Source: Acidobacteriota bacterium
Lineage (GTDB): Bacteria; Acidobacteriota; Vicinamibacteria; Vicinamibacterales; 2-12-FULL-66-21
Assembly: GCA_046735335.1 (NCBI GenBank)
Contig: JBKPTE010000046.1
Span: 32,080-96,079 of the forward strand
Length of the DNA: 64,000 nucleotides
Direction: 5' to 3'
Shown piece after piece: positions 19,395 through 26,816 of the stretch (position 1 is its first letter; the number at the start of each line of letters is the position of its first letter). A program made the position numbers and the translations under genes. The notes beneath the pieces were generated by a model that was given only the letters and a program-made list of their open reading frames with translations, was not told where the DNA came from and made no database searches.

Positions 19395-19439
19395 TTGTCG
19401 GGCACCTCTTTCATTGTCGGGCACCTCCTTGGAGGTGCC
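19395..19439. terminator. candidate selD terminator hairpin with duplicated 5' arm
   Basis: TTGTCGGGCACCTC at 19395 and 19414. GGCACCTC-CTTG-GAGGTGCC hairpin (8 bp) at 19420..19439, 15 nt past the selD stop. No U-tract. Confidence 0.4.
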
Positions 19440-19453
19440 TCAGAGCAGACGTC

Positions 19454-20488
19454 TCACCGCAGGCGCACGGCGTAACTCCCCCGGGGCGTCACCTCGCCGA
19501 CAACCCAGGCGCCCGCGCCGGCGGCGGACAGTGCCGCCGTCGCCTCCGGCAGCGCTGACGCGGCGATCGCCGCAAGCAGACCGCCGGAGGTCTGGGGATC
19601 GAACAGCACCTGGACGCGACGCGGATCGCCCCCGTGGTCGATGGCAACGCCGCCAGCAAAATGCTCGCGATTCGTGCGCCCGCCGCCGGGCGTGTTGCGC
19701 TCGACCAGATCCAGCACGGCTGGAAGGAGCGGAACGCTGTCGACGTCGATTTCGATCGAGCAGCCGCTCGCGTTGGCGATCTCCGTCGAATGGCCAATGA
19801 GCCCGAAGCCGGTGATGTCCGTGCACGCGTGCACCGCGTCCGGGGCAAGGTCGGCCAGCGCTTCGGCCGCGGCACGGTTCAGGGTCGTCATGATCTGAAT
19901 CGCCGCGTCGACCGCGTCGGCAGGCGCGCGTTCGAACTTGATGGCGGTGGCGATCACGCCGGTGCCGACAGGCTTCGTCAGCACGAGGCGATCGCCTGGC
20001 TGTGCCCCCGCATTCGTCCAGATGCGATTCGGATCGATCTCTCCGGTGACGGCGTACCCGAACTTGATTTCCGGATCCTGAACGGTGTGGCCGCCAAGGA
20101 GCGCGACGCCTGCAGCCTGCAGGACCTGGAGACCGCCGCGAAAGATGTCTCCCAGGAGCGCCGGATCCGCATCCTTCGGAAACCCGGCGATCGCGAGCGC
20201 CGTCAACGGCCGTCCGCCCATCGCGTAGACGTCGGACAACGCATTTGCCGCCGCAATCCGTCCGTACGTCAACGCATCGTCGACCACGGGCGTGAAGAAA
20301 TCGACCGTCTGCACCAGGGCGCGCGTTTCGTCCAGCCTGTACACACCCGCATCGTCCGCGGTGCGGTAGTCGACCAGCACGCGGGGATCGGACGGGACGG
20401 TCAGGGCGCCCAGCACCTGGGCGAGCTCGCCGGCGGCGAGTTTGCTCGCTCAACCAGCGCAGGCGGCGTAATCGGTAAGACGTTTCAT
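19454..20488 (-). CDS. selD: selenide, water dikinase (selenophosphate synthetase), selenocysteine-containing form
   Basis: Track ORF (19454..20416, GTG start) lacks the essential N-terminal loop. The upstream in-frame reading is ATG(20488) KRLTDYAACAG-TGA(20452..20450)-ASKLAAGELAQ. The TGA aligns with Cys17 and the following K with Lys20 of E. coli SelD (GAGCGCK). The rest of the protein is collinear with SelD (TDITGFGLIGH etc.). Confidence 0.88.
20407..20423 (-). promoter_or_regulatory. candidate bacterial SECIS hairpin
   Basis: mRNA CGCCCAG-GUG-CUGGGCG (7 bp), starting 27 nt after the UGA, with G/U in the apical loop. Alternative small hairpins lie nearer the UGA (GCGAG-CAAA-CUCGC; CUCGCC-GCC-GGCGAG). 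Not folded computationally. Confidence 0.4.
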
Positions 20489-20504
20489 TGGTTTCTTCGC
20501 TGTC

Positions 20505-20682
20505 GGTTCACAAGGTTCACGGGGTTCACAGGGTTCAGGGCTGGGTTCTCAGAGTTCCTGGTTCTCAGGTTCTTTGGTTCGCAGGTTCTCGGTTCGCAGC
20601 CCACGAACCCTGAAGAACCGATGAACCGCTGCGAACCCATGAACCCAGCCCTGAACCGCGTGAACGCCGTGAACCCCGAACC
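20505..20682. repeat. tandem-unit inverted repeat filling the parB-selD spacer (GGTTC x10 then GAACC x8)
   Basis: GGTTC at 20505, 20514, 20523, 20532, 20544, 20560, 20568, 20576, 20584, 20591. Centre GGTTCG-cagccca-CGAACC at 20591..20609. GAACC at 20605, 20615, 20623, 20633, 20641, 20653, 20671, 20678. A 17-nt exact complement pair: 20532..20548 with 20641..20657. Confidence 0.9.
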
Positions 20683-20688
20683 GCGGCT

Positions 20689-21540
20689 CTACGAATCAGT
20701 GAATCTCTCGTAGAGCCGCTGCAACTCCTCTTCGTTCCCGAAATCGATCTCGATCCGTCCGCCTTTGCCCTTGCGGACAATCCGGACGCGAGTGCCGAGC
20801 GAGAGCCGCAGCTTCTCTTCGGCGGCGCGCGTATGAACGTCCTTCACGGGCTCCGCTTTCGGCGCGGACGGCTGCTGCGCCTTGCGGATGCGCTCTTCCG
20901 TCTCGCGCACCGACAGATTCGCCGACGCGATGTCGCGCGCGAGCTGCAGCAGTAGGCCCTCGTCGGCGAGCCCGAGCAGCGCGCGCGCGTGTCCCATCGA
21001 CAACACGCCCGACGCGACGCTGGTGCGGATCTCCTGCGGCAGCCGGAGCAGCCGAAGGTAGTTCGCGATCGAAGAGCGATCCTTGCCCACGGCGTCCGCG
21101 ATCTCTTCCTGCGTGAGGTGGTAATCGTCCGCGAGGCGCCGGTACGCCTGCGCCTCTTCGATGGGATTCAGGTCCTGCCGCTGAATATTCTCGATGAGCG
21201 CCACCGCGAGCAGCCGGTCGTCGGGAATGTCACGCACGACGATCGGCACTTTGAGCAGGCCGGCGTGCTGGGCGGCCCTCCAGCGGCGCTCGCCCGCGAC
21301 GATCTCGTAGCTGCCGTCGACGCGGCGCACGACGATCGGTTGAATGATGCCGTTCGACCGGATGGAGCGAGACAGTTCCTCGATGCGCTCCTCGTCCATC
21401 TGCGTGCGCGGCTGAAAGCGATTCGGGCGCAGGAGATCGGTGTCGATCTCGAGCGCGCGCTCCGGCGGCGCACTGGGCAGGGGAGCATCGGGGATGAGCG
21501 CACTGAGTCCGCGGCCGAGGGCAGGACGTTTGTCAACCAT
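20689..21540 (-). CDS. parB: chromosome partitioning protein ParB
   Basis: From ATG 21540: MVDKRPALGRGLSALIP..., IVAGERRWRAAQHAGL, HTH LTQEEIADAVGKDRSSIANYLRLLRLP. Overlaps the parA stop by 8 nt. Confidence 0.95.
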   Translation of the reverse strand: MVDKRPALGRGLSALIPDAPLPSAPPERALEIDTDLLRPNRFQPRTQMDEERIEELSRSIRSNGIIQPIVVRRVDGSYEIVAGERRWRAAQHAGLLKVPIVVRDIPDDRLLAVALIENIQRQDLNPIEEAQAYRRLADDYHLTQEEIADAVGKDRSSIANYLRLLRLPQEIRTSVASGVLSMGHARALLGLADEGLLLQLARDIASANLSVRETEERIRKAQQPSAPKAEPVKDVHTRAAEEKLRLSLGTRVRIVRKGKGGRIEIDFGNEEELQRLYERFTDS

Positions 21541-22339
21541 GCTGAGGCTCCGGTGCTGCGGCCGCGCTCTCGCGGGCGAGCAGCTCGCGCGCGAGCGCGA
21601 GGTACGCCTCGGCGCCGCGCGATTTGACGTCGTAGAGGATGGCAGGGAGGCCGTGGCTCGGCGCTTCACCCAGCCGGATGTTGCGCGGAATCACCGTGGA
21701 GAAGACGCGATCCTGAAAGAACTCGCGGATGTCGCGCGCCACCTGCTGCCCCAGGTTCGTCCGCTCGTCGTACATCGTCATCAACACGCCGGCGATGTCG
21801 AGCGACGGGTTGAGCGCGCCGCGCACGCGCCGCAGCGTCGCCACGAGATCGGCGAGGCCTTCGAGCGCGAAGTACTCGCAGTTGAGCGGAATCAGCACGG
21901 CGTCCGCGGCGACGAGCGCATTCAACGTGAGGAGTCCGAGGGATGGGGGCGTGTCGATGAAGATGAAATCGAAGCGGTCGCGCAACGGCGTCAGCACGTC
22001 GCGCAGACGCCGCTCGCGATTCGTCATCGTGACGAGCTCCACCTCGGCGCCGGTGAGATTGCGATCGGCCGGCACCAGCGACAGCCCCTTGACGGAAGTT
22101 TCGAGGACGAACGCCGCGGGATCCTCGGCCGGCTCGGACCTCGTGAGCGCCTCGTACACGGTGCCCGCCTCGGATGCGCGCCCCTTGAGGCCGAATCCGC
22201 TCGTGAGGTTCCCCTGCGGGTCCATGTCGACGGCCAGGACCTTCTGCTTCGCCATCGCGAGCGCCGTCGCGAGGTTGATCGCGGTGGTCGTCTTGCCGAC
22301 GCCGCCTTTCTGATTTGCGACCGCGAATGTCCGACTCAT
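21533..22339 (-). CDS. parA: chromosome partitioning ATPase ParA/Soj
   Basis: Deviant Walker A AVANQKGGVGKTTTAINLA; IFIDTPPSLGLLTLNAL. Confidence 0.95.
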   Translation of the reverse strand: MSRTFAVANQKGGVGKTTTAINLATALAMAKQKVLAVDMDPQGNLTSGFGLKGRASEAGTVYEALTRSEPAEDPAAFVLETSVKGLSLVPADRNLTGAEVELVTMTNRERRLRDVLTPLRDRFDFIFIDTPPSLGLLTLNALVAADAVLIPLNCEYFALEGLADLVATLRRVRGALNPSLDIAGVLMTMYDERTNLGQQVARDIREFFQDRVFSTVIPRNIRLGEAPSHGLPAILYDVKSRGAEAYLALARELLARESAAAAPEPQHG

Positions 22340-23025
22340 TTGGTTATTCGACCAAATATGTTTGGCTGCTCTGATGTTCCACGTGGAACACTGCCGACGA
22401 CCTTGGCGAGCACCATCAGGCTACTTTGGTTGGCCGGGACAAGAGGATACCTCCCTACCTGACGTAAGGTCGAGGGGTAATCAGTGCGTTCCAATCTCTG
22501 AGATGCACCGAGGAAGAGCGCAACCCGGGATTGTCCCGTTACCGCGCCAGCGATGAGCTTCCAGCTATCGGGACCAAGCCGAACAGCCCGCGCCGAGATC
22601 ACCGTGGGCGATGGTAGTTGCGTTTCCCTCAGCACGTCGTCAAACCGCGCGGCTTCCACACGCGCCTGCAGGCCGAGTTCTCGGACAGCCTCGCGCAGAA
22701 ACGCCGCCTTCCGTGTTCGCGCCTCGATCATTTGAAGGCTAACGGCGCCAGACGCCAGCGCCAGGGGAATGGCAGGAGAGCCTCCGCCCGATCCCAGGTC
22801 AACCATGCTGGGGCCGCGGGGTAAGTGTGCAGCCGCCGCAACCGGTTCGAGCAGGAGCCGGTCAATCGCGGCGTCCGGCTCATCAAGAGAAGTGAGGTTG
22901 ATGACGGTGTTCCAGCGCGTGAGGAGCGCGTAGTACGCGAGCAAGCGCTCGACCAGCACGTCTGAAAGTGTCAGGTGTGCCGCCCCGGCACGGGCGTTGA
23001 ACCGGCCGCGGACTTCCTCGTCCAT
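22336..23025 (-). CDS. rsmG: 16S rRNA (guanine527-N7)-methyltransferase
   Basis: From ATG 23025 (the track ORF is over-extended to 23460). SAM motif VDLGSGGGSPAIPLAL. Sits in the conserved position between mnmG and parA. Confidence 0.9.
   Translation of the reverse strand: MDEEVRGRFNARAGAAHLTLSDVLVERLLAYYALLTRWNTVINLTSLDEPDAAIDRLLLEPVAAAAHLPRGPSMVDLGSGGGSPAIPLALASGAVSLQMIEARTRKAAFLREAVRELGLQARVEAARFDDVLRETQLPSPTVISARAVRLGPDSWKLIAGAVTGQSRVALFLGASQRLERTDYPSTLRQVGRYPLVPANQSSLMVLAKVVGSVPRGTSEQPNIFGRITK
22375..22390. promoter_or_regulatory. parS: parS centromere-like site TGTTCCACGTGGAACA
   Basis: Perfect 16-bp palindrome that differs from the common parS TGTTTCACGTGAAACA only by a symmetric T>C/A>G pair. 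Lies 36 nt upstream of the parA start, inside the rsmG 3' tail. Confidence 0.8.
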
Positions 23026-23030
23026 CTGGT

Positions 23031-24833
23031 CTATCGGTTCAGCCGGGCGGCAATCAAGGCGACGGCCGCCGGCGTGACGCCGGGTATTCGGCTGGCCTGG
23101 CCAAGCGTTTCCGGCCGAACGGCCGCGAGCCGCTCGACCATCTCCCTGGACAGGCCCGGAACTCCCCGATACGTGAACGTCGCCGGAATGCCGCGCGACT
23201 CCTGCTTCCGAAGCCGGTCGACGACGGTTAGCTGCCGGCGGAGATAGCCGGCGTAGCGAAACTCGGTTTCGAGCGTGGCCAGATCGATGTGGTGGCGGAT
23301 CTCGAGCGGTAGCGACCTGGCAATCCGGTCCACGTCCATACCCGGCCGCGCCATCGCTCGCGCCGCGCCGATGCGAATCCCGTCGACGACGACTGATGAC
23401 CGGCGGATCGTCTCGATGTTCCGCTCGAAACGCGTGCGGCGATCGACGAACGCCTCCCAACGGGGGTCGTCCACGAGACCCGCGCGGCGGCCCTGCGGTG
23501 TCAACCGCAAGTCCGCGTTGTCGGTCCGGAGCAGAAGGCGATGCTCGGCCCGCGACGTGAACATGCGGTACGGCTCGAGGCAGCCTCTCGTCGTGAGGTC
23601 ATCGACCATGACGCCGATGTAGGCTTCATCTCGGCCGAGGACGAGCGGATCCCGTCGGCGAACCGCCAGCGCCGCGTTGATGCCCGCCATGAGACCCTGA
23701 GCGGCCGCCTCCTCGTAGCCCGACGTGCCGTTGATCTGGCCAGCCAGAAACAAGCGACCTACCCGGTGGGTTTCGAGCGTCCGGCGCAGTTCCGTCGGCT
23801 GAATGAAATCGTATTCGACGGCGTACCCGGGCCGAAGCATCTCCGCGTCTTCCAGGCCGTTCATCGCGCGAACGACGTCCATCTGCACGCCGGCCGGCAG
23901 GCTCATCGAAAGACCGTTGACGTAGATTTCGGCCGCGTCGAGTCCCTCGGGCTCCAGGAAGATCTGGTGCCGCTCCCGGTGCGGGAACCGCATGATCTTG
24001 TCCTCGAGCGACGGGCAGTACCTCGGCCCGATGCCGGAGATCTGGCCGTTGTACAGCGGCGACTGACCGATGTGCGCCCGGACGAGGTCGTGGACACGCT
24101 CGGTCGTGTGGAGCAGGTGACAGGAGATCTGCGGACGATCGATCGCTTCTGTCAGAAAGGAGAAGGGAACCGGCGGGTCGTCCCCTCGCTCCTCCTGGAA
24201 CCGCGAAAAGTCGATGCTGCGGCGATGGAGCCGCGGAGGCGTCCCGGTCTTCAGCCGGCCCCACTCGAAACGGAACGACTTCAGCGATTCGGAGAGATCC
24301 CGTGAGGGTGGTTCGCCGGCGCGCCCCGCCGGCCGCTGCTCCGGACCGATGTGAACGAGGCCGTTGAGGAACGTGCCGGTCGTGACGATCAGCGCGTCGC
24401 AACCGTACGTGTCGCCGTCCTCCAGCGCGAGTCCGCGGACGCGGCCCTGTTGCACGAGGACCCGCCCCGCCTTACCGATGATCCATGAGAGATTGGGAAG
24501 CTCCTCGAGTGTCGCGCGGACCCAGCGGCCGTACTCGCGCTTGTCGGCCTGCGCACGCGGGGACCAGACGGCAGGACCGCGGCTCCGGTTCAGCAGCTTG
24601 AACTGGATGCCCGTGGCGTCGATGGCGAGCCCCATAATCCCGCCGAGCGCGTCGATTTCCCGAACCAGATGCCCCTTCGCCGTGCCGCCGATGGCGGGGT
24701 TGCACGGCATCTGCGCGACGGTGTCGCGGGACAGCGTGCAGACGGCCACGTCACATCCCATGCGCGCGGCGGCCCATGCGGCTTCGACCCCCGCGTGCCC
24801 GGCACCGATGACGATGATCTCGTGGCGCCGCAT
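23031..24833 (-). CDS. mnmG: tRNA uridine 5-carboxymethylaminomethyl modification enzyme MnmG (GidA)
   Basis: FAD motif [13 protein letters not shown]. 600 aa collinear with GidA, with the C-terminal ...[15 protein letters not shown] motif. Confidence 0.97.
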   Translation of the reverse strand: MRRHEIIVIGAGHAGVEAAWAAARMGCDVAVCTLSRDTVAQMPCNPAIGGTAKGHLVREIDALGGIMGLAIDATGIQFKLLNRSRGPAVWSPRAQADKREYGRWVRATLEELPNLSWIIGKAGRVLVQQGRVRGLALEDGDTYGCDALIVTTGTFLNGLVHIGPEQRPAGRAGEPPSRDLSESLKSFRFEWGRLKTGTPPRLHRRSIDFSRFQEERGDDPPVPFSFLTEAIDRPQISCHLLHTTERVHDLVRAHIGQSPLYNGQISGIGPRYCPSLEDKIMRFPHRERHQIFLEPEGLDAAEIYVNGLSMSLPAGVQMDVVRAMNGLEDAEMLRPGYAVEYDFIQPTELRRTLETHRVGRLFLAGQINGTSGYEEAAAQGLMAGINAALAVRRRDPLVLGRDEAYIGVMVDDLTTRGCLEPYRMFTSRAEHRLLLRTDNADLRLTPQGRRAGLVDDPRWEAFVDRRTRFERNIETIRRSSVVVDGIRIGAARAMARPGMDVDRIARSLPLEIRHHIDLATLETEFRYAGYLRRQLTVVDRLRKQESRGIPATFTYRGVPGLSREMVERLAAVRPETLGQASRIPGVTPAAVALIAARLNR

Positions 24834-24851
24834 TGATGACTTACGTATGTC

Positions 24852-26195
24852 CTATTTGCCGATGCAGAACCGCTCGAAGATCGTGCGCAGCACCTCGTCC
24901 GGCGCGCGCGCGCCGGCGACGTCGTCGAAGCACGCGCGCGCCTCGTGCAGGTCCGCGAGCACCAGCTCCTCGGGCCGGCCTTCAGCCGCCGCAATCGCCG
25001 CACGCGCGATCGCCTCCTTCGCGCGAAGGAGCAGCGAGGCGTGCCGGACGTTCGCGATCGCGGGACGATCTCGTCCGGGCGACGGCGCAATCGTCTGTGT
25101 CAGCGCGGCGCGCAGCGCGTCGATGCCTTCGTCCGTCAACGACGAAACGGACAGCGCGCCGGCGTCCTCGCTCCGCCATGCGGCCGGCAGGTCCGACTTG
25201 CTCGCAACGATCACGCGCGCGCGATTGCGCGTCTCGCTCAGGAGCGATCTATCGATGTCGGAGAGCGGCTCGGAGCGATCCAGAACGACGAGCACCACAT
25301 CCGACGCAGCCGCCGCCTGACGTGCGCGCGTCATGCCTTCTTCTTCGATCGCATCGTCCGATGACTCGCGGAGGCCGGCGGTGTCGACGAGCGTCATTGG
25401 AACTCCGCCGATGTCGACGCGCTCCGTGACGAGGTCGCGCGTCGTTCCCGGCACGTCCGTCACGATGGCCCGCGCGGCGCCAATCAGCCGGTTGAACAGG
25501 CTCGACTTTCCAGCGTTCGGCCGCCCCGCGATCGCAACGGTGAGGCCCTCGCGAATGAGCCGGCCGCGAGCCGCGTCCGCCAGCAGCACGTCGAGATCGC
25601 CGGCAAGACTCACCAGCTCCGCTGATGTGCCGTTCGGGTCGCTGAAGTGATAGCCCTCTTCGGGAAAATCGAGTGACGCTTCGAGCGGCGCGATCGCGTC
25701 GAGCAACCGTGCGTCCAGCGCGCGCAGACGCCCGGTCAGCGTCCCTTCGAGTTGATCGAATGCAAGGCGCGCCTGCGCCGGTGTCACGGCATCGATGAGA
25801 TCGGCCACCGCTTCGGCCTGCACCAGATCGATTCGGCCGTTCAAATAGGCGCGCAGCGTGAACTCGCCAGGATTCGCCAGCCGCGCACCACCGCTCAGTG
25901 CCGCTCGAACGATCTGCTCGAGGATCGTCGGGCTGCCGTGCGCCGAGATTTCGACGAGGTCGTCGCCGGTATACGACCGCGGGCCCGGGAAGAACGTCAC
26001 GATGACCTCGTCGAGCGGACAGCCGTCGTGGTCGTGCACGTGCGCGAACGTCGCGAGGCGCGGCTCGACGGAGGCTCGACCCGTCAGCGCGCACGCGATA
26101 CTCGCCGCCACCGGCCCGCTCAGGCGGACGATGCCGATGGCCCCCCGGCCTGGGGGAGTCGCGATGGCCACGATTGTGTCGGCTGGCGAAAACAC
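24852..26195 (-). CDS. mnmE: tRNA modification GTPase MnmE (TrmE)
   Basis: GTG start. G1 motif GRPNAGKSSLFNRL, DTAGLR, and the C-terminal FCIGK tetrapeptide. Confidence 0.95.
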   Translation of the reverse strand: MFSPADTIVAIATPPGRGAIGIVRLSGPVAASIACALTGRASVEPRLATFAHVHDHDGCPLDEVIVTFFPGPRSYTGDDLVEISAHGSPTILEQIVRAALSGGARLANPGEFTLRAYLNGRIDLVQAEAVADLIDAVTPAQARLAFDQLEGTLTGRLRALDARLLDAIAPLEASLDFPEEGYHFSDPNGTSAELVSLAGDLDVLLADAARGRLIREGLTVAIAGRPNAGKSSLFNRLIGAARAIVTDVPGTTRDLVTERVDIGGVPMTLVDTAGLRESSDDAIEEEGMTRARQAAAASDVVLVVLDRSEPLSDIDRSLLSETRNRARVIVASKSDLPAAWRSEDAGALSVSSLTDEGIDALRAALTQTIAPSPGRDRPAIANVRHASLLLRAKEAIARAAIAAAEGRPEELVLADLHEARACFDDVAGARAPDEVLRTIFERFCIGK

Positions 26196-26354
26196 GGTTC
26201 TCGGGTTCTCTCGGGTTCTCAGGTTCTCAGGTTCTCGGGTTCTCAGGTTCTCGGGTTCTCAGGTTTCTCGGGTTCTCGGGTTCTCAGGTTCGAGAGGATC
26301 CCCGAACCCCCGAACGTGAGAACCTGAACCTGAGAACCTCAGAACCTTGGAACC
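26196..26354. repeat. tandem-unit inverted repeat filling the jag-mnmE spacer (GGTTCTCR x11-12 then GAGAACC-type x6)
   Basis: GGTTC at 26196, 26204, 26214, 26222, 26230, 26238, 26246, 26254, 26271, 26279, 26287 (GGTTTC at 26262), mostly on an 8-nt period. Centre GGTTCG-agaggatccc-CGAACC at 26287..26308. GAACC at 26304, 26320, 26326, 26334, 26342, 26350. Confidence 0.95.
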
Positions 26355-26366
26355 ACACAATTCAGG

Positions 26367-26816
26367 TTATCGCCGGCTGGAGATGATGACCGTCTTCAAG
26401 TACGCGTCGCCGATGCTCTCGGACGTCATCTGCGGATCTTCCGCGACGGTGAGGTGGACGAGCCGGCGGCAGTACGGATTTAGAGGCCCCATTTCCTGCG
26501 GCGAGCCGGACGTTCGCGCCTTCTCCATCATGAAGCGCGCCATCTGCCGCAGCTCGGCATCCTTGGCCTTGCGGTAATCCATGCAGTCGACGACGAAGCT
26601 GCGGTCGTCCTTCAACTCGCGGCGGAATCCCGTGTTGACGATTTGCTGCAGCGCATCGAGCGCCTCCGCCTTCCGGCGCAGCAGAATCTCGCCCCCCTCG
26701 CCGGATAGATCGATGCGAATCGCGTCTAGCGTGTCCTCCACGCGCACGTCGAGCGGTAGTTGCATCGCGGACAGGACGTCTTTCATGAAGGCGGCGACCT
26801 TGTGCTGCACGTCCAT
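26367..26816 (-). CDS. jag: RNA-binding protein Jag/KhpB (KH + R3H domains)
   Basis: Conserved position after yidC. R3H-type C-terminus LNPYCRRLVHLTVAEDPQMTSESIGD. Start is ATG 26816 (sharing its A with the yidC TGA) or GTG 26819. Confidence 0.85.
   Translation of the reverse strand: MDVQHKVAAFMKDVLSAMQLPLDVRVEDTLDAIRIDLSGEGGEILLRRKAEALDALQQIVNTGFRRELKDDRSFVVDCMDYRKAKDAELRQMARFMMEKARTSGSPQEMGPLNPYCRRLVHLTVAEDPQMTSESIGDAYLKTVIISSRR

Noticed and set aside
26196-26354. Possible CRISPR array (regularly spaced short repeats)
   Set aside because: The units are 7-9 nt and directly adjacent with no unique spacers. The second half is the reverse complement of the first. There are no cas genes nearby.
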